The notes under the pieces were generated by a model. That model was not told the origin of the DNA. It did no database searches and saw only the letters and a list, made by a program, of their open reading frames with translations. From the NCBI GenBank assembly GCA_965248435.1, contig OZ252100.1, positions 3,456,001 through 3,520,000 on the forward strand: a DNA stretch of 64,000 nt. Reading direction: 5' to 3'. Source of the DNA: Candidatus Latescibacterota bacterium. Its GTDB lineage: Bacteria; Latescibacterota; UBA2968; GCA-2709665. This document shows, piece by piece, positions 19,331 through 28,637 of this stretch. Each line of letters begins with the position of its first letter. Within the stretch, counting starts at the first letter, position 1. Both the position numbers and the translations under genes were made by a program.

Positions 19331-19534
19331 ATGGAAACAGCCCTGATCGTGTCCTTCGAACGACGCACCCGGCCTTTTGGACCGAAGGAGCGGAAAGCCG
19401 AAGATGGAGGAGATGGAGAGGACGGACCTTCCAGGCCTCGTGTGGATCGTCCGGATACACACGATCTGCTTCGCCGCATGAGACGTGTAGATCCGAATCA
19501 GGCGAGGCGCTATCGTCAGCGAACGGGCGAATAG
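19331..19534 (+). CDS. ubact: ubiquitin-like modifier UBact (67 aa)
   Basis: disordered, charged protein with LLRRMRRVDP.QARRYRQRTGE C-terminus (R[TS]G[EQ]); occupies the pup position. Confidence 0.92.
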   Translation: METALIVSFERRTRPFGPKERKAEDGGDGEDGPSRPRVDRPDTHDLLRRMRRVDPNQARRYRQRTGE

Positions 19535-19537
19535 CCG

Positions 19538-20350
19538 ATGGATCCGGGCAATGACTTCCTGGATCTTTTGAAGGCGAAGGGCTACTTGTTTCCCGGAGCG
19601 GACGTCTCCAGCAGGGCTTCCGGTTCTGTGGACACCTCCCGCTTTGAGCCTACTGAAGGAACGACCATCCTGGCGTTACGCTACCGGGATGGCGTTCTTG
19701 TTGCGGGTGACCGCCGGGCTACCGTGGGAACCTCAGTCATCTACGATCGCGCGGACAAGGTGATTCGTATCGATGACTATTCAGTCCTGGCGATCTCCGG
19801 TTCTCCCGCTATTGCCTACGAAATTGCTCGAGTTCTGGAACATTCATTCCAATACCATCGGCGTCGGCAGTTGCAGGAGATGAGTCTGGAGGCAAAGCTT
19901 CGCAGGCTTTCGCTTCTGATCAAAGACAACCTGCCGATGGCCATTCAGGGGATCGGGGCCGTGATTCCGATCTTTGCCACCTACGACCTCAGAGACGATC
20001 TCGGAAAAATCTTTTTCTACGACGCCATGGGCGCTCAATTTGAGAGCACGGATTTCTCGACGACAGGGTCTGGGGCACCCGGAATCCGAGGGGTGATGTA
20101 TTATCTGAATCGGTGGGGGCAGCGCCCTTTCTCGGAGCTTGGCAGGGAGGAAGTTCTGGGGATGGCGATGCGACTGTTATATACGGCTTCCGAGTACGAC
20201 GCTGCAACCGGCCGGTATGAGCGTGCGGCGGACGTATTCCCCTCGATGAAGGCGATCACGAAGGAAGGGTTGCAGGACGTTACAGAGGATGAGCTCCGGA
20301 CTTTCCACAACCGATACATCGAGGCTTCGGGGGGCGACGAATCCTCATGA
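19538..20350 (+). CDS. prcB: 20S proteasome beta subunit
   Basis: 41-aa propeptide then G|TTILAL catalytic Thr; AGDRRAT; TGSG. Confidence 0.93.
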   Translation: MDPGNDFLDLLKAKGYLFPGADVSSRASGSVDTSRFEPTEGTTILALRYRDGVLVAGDRRATVGTSVIYDRADKVIRIDDYSVLAISGSPAIAYEIARVLEHSFQYHRRRQLQEMSLEAKLRRLSLLIKDNLPMAIQGIGAVIPIFATYDLRDDLGKIFFYDAMGAQFESTDFSTTGSGAPGIRGVMYYLNRWGQRPFSELGREEVLGMAMRLLYTASEYDAATGRYERAADVFPSMKAITKEGLQDVTEDELRTFHNRYIEASGGDESS

Positions 20351-21135
20351 TGCTGGATGAACCCTACCGGTGGGCAGAAGCGGTTTCGAATCGCCGCGAG
20401 TATGTTGAAGATCAGCTGCGGGGAGGGAGTCCCGTCGTGGGCATTGCCTACAAGGATGGGGCGCTGCTGTTGACGCTGAGCCAACGGCAGCAGAAAGTAT
20501 TCGAGATCTACGATCAGATTGCGATGGCGGCGATCGGCCACCCCACGGACATCGAAAAGCTCCGGCATGTGGCCCTCGATATGGCCTCGGTTATCGGCTT
20601 CAACTACTCGGATTCAGATGTGACCCTGCAGCAAATCGTGCATTTCGGATTGGGTCCTACAGTCAAGACGGCCTTCGATGAGATCATCAGATCTCCTTTT
20701 ATTGTTCGGGTGCTTCTGGTAGAGCTCGACGGTTCGGGGGGAGACGCTGTTTTTTACACGGTGGATTATGATGGCGTCTTCAACAAGTCTGAGGGATCAG
20801 GAGCGTTGGCGGGGATGCTGGAGGCGGACCGACTGATGGGCCGCCGACTGTCTGGCGTGGACACGCACCGGCTGTCGCTGAAGAAGGCACTGGAGGAAGC
20901 GCTACAGGCGTGGGCGACGGGAAGATGGGCGGGGAACCTGGATGAAATACCGCAGGAAAAGTCTGAACTCGAGAAGGCCGTCGGTGAGGCCGACTTGGAC
21001 GATCTACTTCGCAAGGAGCTGGAGGATCTGGAGGTGGAGGCAGCGATTCTTCAGCGGTCACGTTCCGGAAAGTGCAAGTATAGAGTCTTGTCGGGCAAGG
21101 AGATCGAAGCTTCGATCAAGGCCTACCGGGCCTGA
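20347..21135 (+). CDS. prcA: 20S proteasome alpha subunit
   Basis: GSPVVG...KVFEIYDQIAMAAIG; ATGA overlap with prcB. Confidence 0.9.
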   Translation: MMLDEPYRWAEAVSNRREYVEDQLRGGSPVVGIAYKDGALLLTLSQRQQKVFEIYDQIAMAAIGHPTDIEKLRHVALDMASVIGFNYSDSDVTLQQIVHFGLGPTVKTAFDEIIRSPFIVRVLLVELDGSGGDAVFYTVDYDGVFNKSEGSGALAGMLEADRLMGRRLSGVDTHRLSLKKALEEALQAWATGRWAGNLDEIPQEKSELEKAVGEADLDDLLRKELEDLEVEAAILQRSRSGKCKYRVLSGKEIEASIKAYRA

Positions 21136-21168
21136 ATCCTGGTCCGTATCCTATCTTTAGAGGGGCCT

Positions 21169-22635
21169 GTGGAGAATCGCATATTCGGTTTAGAGACGGA
21201 ATTCGGATGTATGGCGCCGGAGCACGAAGGATTCGTGAGTCCGGACGCGATTTCAGTCAAGGTGAAGGATCACATTTTTCACTCTGATCGAATCGGAATT
21301 TTGGATATCCATTACCGTGGCCGGGACGAACCGCCGGGAAATGGAGGGTTTTTGTTCAACTCGGGTCGTGTCTATATCGACATGGGACATATCGAGTATA
21401 CGACGCCTGAATGTAAGAGCCTATTCGATCTGGTCGCATTCGACCGAGCGGGTGAGCGGACCCTGCAGCGAGCCCTGAAGTCACTCGGTCTGGAGAAAGA
21501 GGCATCGTTCCTCAAGAACAACATCGATCATTTTACGGGGGCGACGTTCGGTTGTCACGAAAACTACCTGATTCGGAGAAATGTTCCATTCTCAACGGTC
21601 GTCATTCCAGCGCTTCTGCCTTTCCTGGTCACGCGACAGGTTTACAGCGGTGCCGGCCGCGTAGGGAGCTACGACGATAGTTTCTACTACTACGGAAGAG
21701 AAGACAGAGATGAGGCGTTCAGGGAGGACCCGGTCGCCTTTCAGATCTCCCAGCGAGCGGATCATATTGTCACTGAAATCTATCAGTGGATTCAGTTTTC
21801 CCGTGCCATCATAAATACGCGGGACGAGCCGCTTGCAGATCACAAAAAGTATCGGCGCCTTCATCTTCTGATGGGTGACTCGAACATGTCGGAGTATGCC
21901 ACGGCGCTCAAGGTCGGGACAACGGCATTGGTCCTGAACCTTCTTGAACGAAAAATTTTTCCTCAAGATGTGGGGCTGGGTGACCCCGTATGGGCCCTGA
22001 AGGAGATCTCCCGAGATCCCACCTGTTCGTGGATCCTGGAGCGAAAGAATGGACGGACGATCTCTGCGATCGATATCCAGCGACGCTACCTGGAACTGTC
22101 GGAAAAATACTTAAAGGGCCTGGACGAAGAATCAGACTGGGTATTGCGGGAATGGGCCCGGACTCTGGATGACCTGGAGCGGGATCCGATGTTACTGGTC
22201 GGGCGACTGGACTGGGTAGCCAAGAAATGGATGCTGGATACCTTTATCGAGTCGGAGGGGTTGGATTGGAACGATCCGTGGCTGCAGAGTCTGGATCTCG
22301 AATATCACAATATCAATCCGAATCGGGGGTTCTATTTCGATCTCGAACAGAGAGGGCTCATCGAGCAGGTCTTAACAGAGGAACGGATAGAACGGGCGTG
22401 TTTCGAGCCTCCACAGGATACACGCGCCAAGGCAAGATCGACGGTGGTGAAGGCCCTGGCAAAGAACCGGGTGCGCTACATTGTGGACTGGGATTCCGTT
22501 TACCTTGAAAACGAGCATCATCTGAGTTTTCGTGATCCATTTTACACTTACGATGATGAGGTTTCTGAGTTCGTCGATGAGATCTGCTCCGCGACGCCTG
22601 TGCCAACCCGTACGATGAGGCGGCGCCTGCCCTGA
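21169..22635 (+). CDS. pafA: Pup/UBact-protein ligase
   Basis: RIFGLETEFG; GGFLFNSGRVYID.GH.EY; GCHENY; SQRADHI; INTRDEPLAD. Confidence 0.9.
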   Translation: MENRIFGLETEFGCMAPEHEGFVSPDAISVKVKDHIFHSDRIGILDIHYRGRDEPPGNGGFLFNSGRVYIDMGHIEYTTPECKSLFDLVAFDRAGERTLQRALKSLGLEKEASFLKNNIDHFTGATFGCHENYLIRRNVPFSTVVIPALLPFLVTRQVYSGAGRVGSYDDSFYYYGREDRDEAFREDPVAFQISQRADHIVTEIYQWIQFSRAIINTRDEPLADHKKYRRLHLLMGDSNMSEYATALKVGTTALVLNLLERKIFPQDVGLGDPVWALKEISRDPTCSWILERKNGRTISAIDIQRRYLELSEKYLKGLDEESDWVLREWARTLDDLERDPMLLVGRLDWVAKKWMLDTFIESEGLDWNDPWLQSLDLEYHNINPNRGFYFDLEQRGLIEQVLTEERIERACFEPPQDTRAKARSTVVKALAKNRVRYIVDWDSVYLENEHHLSFRDPFYTYDDEVSEFVDEICSATPVPTRTMRRRLP

Positions 22636-22666
22636 CGGGGCGAGAACGATTGATCAGAAAATAGTG

Positions 22667-22695
22667 AGGGTACCTGTTCGGCAGGTGCCCTTTTT
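22667..22695 (+). terminator. intrinsic terminator of the proteasome operon
   Basis: AGGGTACCTGT...GCAGGTGCCCT followed by TTTT. Confidence 0.85.
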
Positions 22696-22711
22696 CGTGT
22701 ACTGAAAGTAT

Positions 22712-23341
22712 TTAGCTAAAGCGTTCTTCCCTCCAGGGATCGCCGTGGTTATGATAGCCGTATGACTCCCAGAATCCCGGACGGTCCGTTTCCATAAGCT
22801 CCAGACCATTAACCCACTTTGCGCTCTTCCAGGCGTAGAGCTTCGGAACGATCAGCCGGAGGGGCCAACCGTGTTCAGGGGTGAGCGGCTCACCGTTTCT
22901 GGTGTGGGCAAACAGGACATCATCATTAAGCAGGTCGGTGAGCGGGAGGTTGGTCGTGTAGCTTCCATAGCCGTGAACCAAAACAAACCGTGTTTGAGAC
23001 CGAATTCGTATGCGCTTGGCGATTTCGGTGATGTGCACGCCTTCCCAAATGTTGTCGAGCTGGCTCCATCGCGTAACACAGTGAAAATCGGCCTTGAGTC
23101 GAGTCTGGGGCAGCGACATGAACTCGTCGTAGTTCCACTGCGTCTCTGTCTCGACGAGCCCGAACACACGAAATCTCCACCGCTTCGGGTCGATTCTGGG
23201 CGTGCGACCGTGTGTCAAAACAGGGAATTTATCGGTGAGATATTGACCGGGCGGAAGCCGGCCCTCCGGATCCACGTCCTGAGACCGACGGGGATCGGCC
23301 CTGCGGAGCTTCCGAACACGCGCTTCGGGGTCGTTTTTCAT
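22712..23341 (-). CDS. sulfite-oxidase-like molybdopterin oxidoreductase (YuiH-like)
   Basis: RLPPGQY; DFHCVTRWS; EHGWPLRLIVPKLYAWKSAKW; GYHNHGDPW. Confidence 0.92.
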   Translation of the reverse strand: MKNDPEARVRKLRRADPRRSQDVDPEGRLPPGQYLTDKFPVLTHGRTPRIDPKRWRFRVFGLVETETQWNYDEFMSLPQTRLKADFHCVTRWSQLDNIWEGVHITEIAKRIRIRSQTRFVLVHGYGSYTTNLPLTDLLNDDVLFAHTRNGEPLTPEHGWPLRLIVPKLYAWKSAKWVNGLELMETDRPGFWESYGYHNHGDPWREERFS

Positions 23342-23359
23342 ACAAGAAAGTGGAGAACG

Positions 23360-24004
23360 TCAGGGATAGATCTTGCCCCCCTCTACGACCTCCTGCGTGG
23401 ATAGGATCTTCACACCCTGCTGCTGCCATTTGATGACGAGATCCTCCCCGCACTTCGGATCGATCGCCCGGGTGGCGTCGAGGACAAGGGCGACGGGCGC
23501 GGTCTTTCGCTGAAGGAACCCCTCAATCGCATAGGCGTTGCAGACGTCCAGAGCAACACCGTAAACGACGATGCGCTCTGGGGATATGGAATCCAGGACC
23601 GGATCGACGTTGGGATTCGTAAACACGTCAAATCGCTTTTTCCGAAAGAGGACCTCTCCGGGATGTCCGTTGATTTCAGCGATCAAGGAGTCTTGGTCGG
23701 CTGGATCTGGATCGACCCAGACTGGGTTTCGAGGGCGTGTTTCCGGGATCTTTTCCTGGCCTGTGGATCCCTCCAGGCAGTGGGGAGGAAAGGTCTGCAG
23801 AAAGTCCGGGTTATCCGAGATCTCAGAGTCGTTGGGGCCGTGATTGTCAACTGAACCGAGGATTCGAACCTTGTTCTCGCGCGCGTAGCCTGTGAGTTTT
23901 TCCAGGTTCCCCAGTATTTTCTCCGACCCGTCTACGTAGAGCTTGCCATCCGGCATGATGAAGTCGTATTGCGTGTCTACATCCCAGAAGATAACGCCTG
24001 ACAC
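23360..24004 (-). CDS. isochorismatase/nicotinamidase family cysteine hydrolase
   Basis: DVDTQYDF..PDGKL; FPPHC; GVALDVC; GTG 24004 chosen as start. Confidence 0.88.
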   Translation of the reverse strand: MSGVIFWDVDTQYDFIMPDGKLYVDGSEKILGNLEKLTGYARENKVRILGSVDNHGPNDSEISDNPDFLQTFPPHCLEGSTGQEKIPETRPRNPVWVDPDPADQDSLIAEINGHPGEVLFRKKRFDVFTNPNVDPVLDSISPERIVVYGVALDVCNAYAIEGFLQRKTAPVALVLDATRAIDPKCGEDLVIKWQQQGVKILSTQEVVEGGKIYP

Positions 24005-24117
24005 GGGAACCCCTTTCTTTAGATCAGAGATAGGTCGGGCCGAGCTTGATGCGAAAAAAATATCGATTCGGGAAATGGCGAGCAAGTCCGAAATCGAGGA
24101 TCGATTCACGCGTGGGT

Positions 24118-24828
24118 TCAGCTAGAAAGCTTGTGGATGAAGATGGCGGCTGCGACAGAGACATTCAAGGATCCGACCTTTCCGATTGAGGGAATCCTGC
24201 ATATCGTGTCGCACTTCTCCTCGGAGAGACGACGCAGTCCACGATCCTCGCTGCCCAACAGAAGGAGCCAGGGTCGATCGCGCTCGATCGTGCCGAGGCT
24301 TGTGTCGGCACGTTCAGAGGTTCCAAGGATCCACAGTCCGCGCTCCTTCGCGAAATCGAGCGCTCGACTCAGGTTGGTCTCCACACAGAAGGGGACGTGT
24401 TCGATACCTCCCGAGGCCACGTCGTAGACTGTTTCAGACAAAGGGGCCGATCTCCTTCTCGTCAGGAGCATTCCCCCCAAGCCGAAAAACGCCGCAGTCC
24501 TGAAGATCGAACCAAGGTTCTGAGGATCCTGGACACCATCGAGGGCCAACCAGATGGAGTTTTCCGAGACGTTGGAGAAGAGATGCTCCAGGGGGACGGG
24601 TTTGCGTGGTTTGACGCTTGCGCTGGCAGACCCTGAACGACCTGGATTCGCCCGGCGACCTCCCTCCGGCGTTTCGTTGACTCTGAGTCCAACATCGAGT
24701 GCGGAGGATCGGACCTGACTCCAGGTCTTTTGGACCTGTGAGGAAGGGAGATGGATTTCGAGGATATCCTGAGGCCTGGTTTCAAGGATGGCAAGGACGC
24801 TGTGCGGATTTCTTAGAACGAGGGACAT
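24118..24828 (-). CDS. TrmH/RlmB-family SPOUT RNA methyltransferase
   Basis: LDGVQDPQNLGSIFRTA; LGSEDRGLR; SLNVSVAAAI. Confidence 0.92.
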   Translation of the reverse strand: MSLVLRNPHSVLAILETRPQDILEIHLPSSQVQKTWSQVRSSALDVGLRVNETPEGGRRANPGRSGSASASVKPRKPVPLEHLFSNVSENSIWLALDGVQDPQNLGSIFRTAAFFGLGGMLLTRRRSAPLSETVYDVASGGIEHVPFCVETNLSRALDFAKERGLWILGTSERADTSLGTIERDRPWLLLLGSEDRGLRRLSEEKCDTICRIPSIGKVGSLNVSVAAAIFIHKLSS

Positions 24829-24842
24829 ACGGGTAGGATGGG

Positions 24843-25694
24843 CTACTTCAAGGCCTCTCCAGGGTTCCGGTTCCATTTGAGCGGTTCTGAGTTCCCATCA
24901 TATGCGGGAACGAGAGGCTGAATCAGGGTCCGCGCCTCCTCTGGCCAGGATTTTGACTGGTTACGAGAGGCGATGTCCGACCGAATGCCTTCGGGCAAGG
25001 AGGCGAAGGCCGGGTAGTACCAGAGCGTTATGACCGTCCTTCGCTCATCAGATTGGTTTCCGTGTGAGGCGTGAAGGACTCTGGCATCTCCGACCACCAC
25101 GTCTCCGGATCGGACTGCCACGTCGACCTCGCCGAGCACAGACTGGTAGACGGGGTGGTCAGGTTTCGTCATACGACGGATGTCATCCGTGTGCGCTTCG
25201 GATACCATGTCGTGGGCAGCGTGCCGTTTCAAATGAGATCCAGGGATCACTTTCAGACATCCGTTCAAGGGTCCCGTGTCGACCAGGTAATACATGAAAA
25301 ACAATTGCTGGGCAGGAAGCTCGTAACTCGACGGGTCATCCCACCCCCACCAATCTTGATGCCAGAAAAGGGGAGGGCTGTTCGGCGGTTTGCTGATAAC
25401 GTACCCGGAAGCCCATTTCGGATCCTCGAATCCGAGCGCGTCAAGAACCTTCAGCGCGTTCGGGAATGAGGCCAACTCTGCGAAGAAGGGGTCGTCATAG
25501 ACGCTGATGAGACTCCCTGTGGACAGTTGGTCTCTAAAATGGGTTTCATCCTGCGCATCCAGCAGACGATCGCTCGCTTGCCTCACCCGGCTCAGCATCT
25601 GCCCGTCCAGGATGGTTTCGAATACGCAGAACCCTTCGCGGTCCAGCTGATCCCGTTTAACCTTCAAGTCTCTGCTCACCGCTTTGATAACCAT
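24843..25694 (-). CDS. phytanoyl-CoA dioxygenase (PhyH) family protein
   Basis: WHQD; NGCLKVIPGSH; GD...D.RVLHAS..N.S..RR. Confidence 0.9.
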   Translation of the reverse strand: MVIKAVSRDLKVKRDQLDREGFCVFETILDGQMLSRVRQASDRLLDAQDETHFRDQLSTGSLISVYDDPFFAELASFPNALKVLDALGFEDPKWASGYVISKPPNSPPLFWHQDWWGWDDPSSYELPAQQLFFMYYLVDTGPLNGCLKVIPGSHLKRHAAHDMVSEAHTDDIRRMTKPDHPVYQSVLGEVDVAVRSGDVVVGDARVLHASHGNQSDERRTVITLWYYPAFASLPEGIRSDIASRNQSKSWPEEARTLIQPLVPAYDGNSEPLKWNRNPGEALK

Positions 25695-25695
25695 C

Positions 25696-26139
25696 CTACT
25701 CCAAGGTATCCAGGACGGGCCGCGTTCCGGCGCCATATTTGTAGACCAGGTGGCCCCCCGTATAGCCGCTGGCGGACACAAGTCCCGCGACTCCAAGGGC
25801 GAAGAGGAGATAGATCACTCGCGTGGTCCCGGTAAATTGTTTCCTGTGAACAAGGTGCGTGCGGGTCAAGGTGAGGACGATCGCGACCCAAACAACTGCC
25901 GTACCCAGATCCTCGTGTTCGTCCAAGTCTTGGCCCACGCCAGGGATCGCAGCAGCGGCCTCGGCTGCCGACTGGCCGCTTAGGGCGCCGCCGATCGCTC
26001 CGAGGGTACCGAGCAACAGGAGAACATAACCCGTTTTCAACGCTTGTTCCCGCCGGCCCAATATGCCCACGGTATCGCTTAAAGCGCTTAGGATGAGCAG
26101 GGCCAGGGGAAAGTGGACGATGAAGGGGTGAAGATTCAA
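25696..26139 (-). CDS. DUF2231-type membrane protein
   Basis: LHPFIVHFPLAL; HE; GY.GGHLVY.YG. Confidence 0.85.
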   Translation of the reverse strand: MNLHPFIVHFPLALLILSALSDTVGILGRREQALKTGYVLLLLGTLGAIGGALSGQSAAEAAAAIPGVGQDLDEHEDLGTAVVWVAIVLTLTRTHLVHRKQFTGTTRVIYLLFALGVAGLVSASGYTGGHLVYKYGAGTRPVLDTLE

Positions 26140-26146
26140 GCCCTGA

Positions 26147-28402
26147 TCAACCTTCCTGATTCTGTGCGTCGAGCACAGCGATCGCTCCGACATTGACGAT
26201 AGTGTTCACGTCGGTACCTCGCTGAAGGACGTGTACAGACTTTCTCATGCCCATCAGGATGGGTCCGATCGCTTCCGCCCCTCCGAGTTCCCGGAGGAGT
26301 TTGTATGCGATGTTGCCGGATTGGAGGTCGGGAAAGATGAGGACGTTTGCGTCGCCCTGTATCGCAGAAAACGGAAAATCTTCTTGAGAAAGCGCAGGAT
26401 CGAGTGCAGAATCTGCTTGCATTTCGCCGTCGATCCTGAGGTCGGGCGCTCGTTTCCGCACGATTTCGACCGCCCTGCGAACCTGCGCCGAAAGCGGATG
26501 GGGGGAGCTGCCGAAGTTGGAGAAGGAAAGCATCGCAACCCGCGGCTCGATGTCAAGATTCCGGACCAGGCGTGCGCTTTCCAGCGTGATCTCGGCAAGG
26601 ACCTCCGCGTCGGGGGTGATGTTCACCGTCGTGTCCGAAAAGAAATAGGCTCTGTTCTTGATGATCATTATGTAGAGACCGGAAACGTGATTGACATCGT
26701 CGCGGGTGCCAATGATTTGAAGTGCAGGCCGGATCGTATCGGGGTAGTGGTGTGTGAGCCCGGATACGAGGCCATCTGCATCACCCTTGTGGACCATCAT
26801 CGCCCCGAATACGTTGGGGTCAAGAATGAGCTCTTCCGCTTCCTTGAGCGTAACGCCCTTTCTCTGCCTCAGCTTGAATAGCTCCTGGATGTAGCCCTTC
26901 GCGCGGGAAGAGACCTCCGGATCCTCCAGGGCGATGCCGTCCAGGTTGACGCCCAGCTTGTCGGCAACAGAACGGATCTCTGCCTCACGGCCGAGCAGGA
27001 TTGGATGGGCGACACCCTCTTCCTTCAGGATCTTGCACGCCTGCAGGATCTTGTTCTGGGTGCCCTCGGGGAAGACGATTCGACGCGGATCGGTCTTGGC
27101 CTTTTCCACGATCGTTCGTATGACTTCCCGCGAATCCCCCAGCCTCCTTTCGAGCGCGTCTCGGTAGTCGTTCAAGTCGATTTTGATCCTGGCCACTCCG
27201 CTTTCCATCGCAGCCTTGGCCACCGCCGGCGCCACCCATAGGAGGACCCTTTGGTCGAAAGGCTTGGGGATAATGTAGTTCCGACCAAACGAGAGGTTCT
27301 TGAGTCCGTAGGCCCGCAAGACGGCGGGAGGCACTTCTTCCCTCGTGAGGTCCGCTATGGCGTGGACAGCGGCAATCTTCATCTCCTCGTTGATCGTCGA
27401 TGCCCTTACGTCAAGCGCGCCACGAAAGATGAAGGGGAAACCCAGAACGTTGTTGACCTGGTTGGGGAAATCTGACCGTCCCGTGGCGATTATGACGTCA
27501 TCGCGGGCCTGCTGTGCGGTTTCGTAGTCGATTTCAGGATCTGGATTCGCCAGGGCGAAAACGATCGGGGTTGCCGCCATGTCACCCAGCATGTCTGTCG
27601 TCAGCGCCCCCTTTACCGAGAGTCCGATGAACGCGTCGGCGCCCTTGATGGCGTCTGAGAGCGTCCTGGCATCCGTATCTGCGGCAAAAGGCGCCTTGTG
27701 GGGATTCATGCCTTCGGATCGACCCTTGTAGATGACCCCTTTGCTGTCACACATCAGCAGATTTTTGGGATTCAGCCCAAGTGCCACGTGAAGTTTGGCA
27801 CAGGCGATAGCGGCCGCGCCGGCGCCGTTGTAGACGACTCGAAGGTCCTCGATTTTCTTTCCGCTCAACAGCAGCGCATTGAGTAGGGCTGCCGCCGATA
27901 TGATGGCGGTCCCGTGCTGGTCGTCGTGGAATACGGGGATCTGCATCTCTTCACGAAGGCGCTCTTCGATATAGAAACTCTCCGGCGCCTTGATGTCTTC
28001 GAGGTTTATGCCTCCAAAGGAGGGTTCGAGAAGCTTTACAGCACGAATGAATTCGTCGGGATCCTGTGTATCGAGTTCCAGATCAAAGACGTCTATGTCA
28101 GCAAATCGTTTGAAGAGTACACCCTTGCCTTCCATCACGGGCTTGCTGGCAAGCGGGCCGATGTTCCCAAGCCCAAGCACGGCGCTGCCGTTGGTCACGA
28201 CGGCGACAAGGTTTCCTTTTGAGGTGAATTCGTATGCCTTTTCAGGATCTTTGTGGATCTCCATACAGGGTTCTGCGACCCCGGGGGTGTAGGCCAACGA
28301 AAGGTCTCGTTGTGTCGTGAACGGTTTTGTTGCTGTGACCTCGATCTTGCCTGGACGGCCGGATCGGTGATACTCTAGGGCATCTTCTCGATACGATGGC
28401 AT
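26147..28402 (-). CDS. maeB: NADP-dependent malic enzyme with PTA-like C-terminal domain
   Basis: [13 protein letters not shown]; KPVMEGK; FHDDQHGT; [13 protein letters not shown]; DGEMQAD. Confidence 0.96.
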   Translation of the reverse strand: MPSYREDALEYHRSGRPGKIEVTATKPFTTQRDLSLAYTPGVAEPCMEIHKDPEKAYEFTSKGNLVAVVTNGSAVLGLGNIGPLASKPVMEGKGVLFKRFADIDVFDLELDTQDPDEFIRAVKLLEPSFGGINLEDIKAPESFYIEERLREEMQIPVFHDDQHGTAIISAAALLNALLLSGKKIEDLRVVYNGAGAAAIACAKLHVALGLNPKNLLMCDSKGVIYKGRSEGMNPHKAPFAADTDARTLSDAIKGADAFIGLSVKGALTTDMLGDMAATPIVFALANPDPEIDYETAQQARDDVIIATGRSDFPNQVNNVLGFPFIFRGALDVRASTINEEMKIAAVHAIADLTREEVPPAVLRAYGLKNLSFGRNYIIPKPFDQRVLLWVAPAVAKAAMESGVARIKIDLNDYRDALERRLGDSREVIRTIVEKAKTDPRRIVFPEGTQNKILQACKILKEEGVAHPILLGREAEIRSVADKLGVNLDGIALEDPEVSSRAKGYIQELFKLRQRKGVTLKEAEELILDPNVFGAMMVHKGDADGLVSGLTHHYPDTIRPALQIIGTRDDVNHVSGLYIMIIKNRAYFFSDTTVNITPDAEVLAEITLESARLVRNLDIEPRVAMLSFSNFGSSPHPLSAQVRRAVEIVRKRAPDLRIDGEMQADSALDPALSQEDFPFSAIQGDANVLIFPDLQSGNIAYKLLRELGGAEAIGPILMGMRKSVHVLQRGTDVNTIVNVGAIAVLDAQNQEG

Positions 28403-28637
28403 GGGTCTAATCCAAGTAAGTGAATGAGACACAAACGGATGGACTTTGTCCGGACAAAATAGTGGGATGAGAATTCGTTGTCAAGGAGGATGCTAGGATA
28501 GAGATTCCACAGCTTCCGCACGGCCAATTTTTTACCTGACAGAGGGGCCTTTTTTTCTTTTCTTGATAGCGTGTCAATGTGTCTGTTCTGGCCCAGGCGG
28601 GCAAAAACAATCCAAGCGTCATTGTCAAGAGGGAGAT

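Noticed and set aside
19331-19534. Classical Pup
   Set aside because: It lacks the GG[EQ] end and the Pup helix motif; it fits UBact
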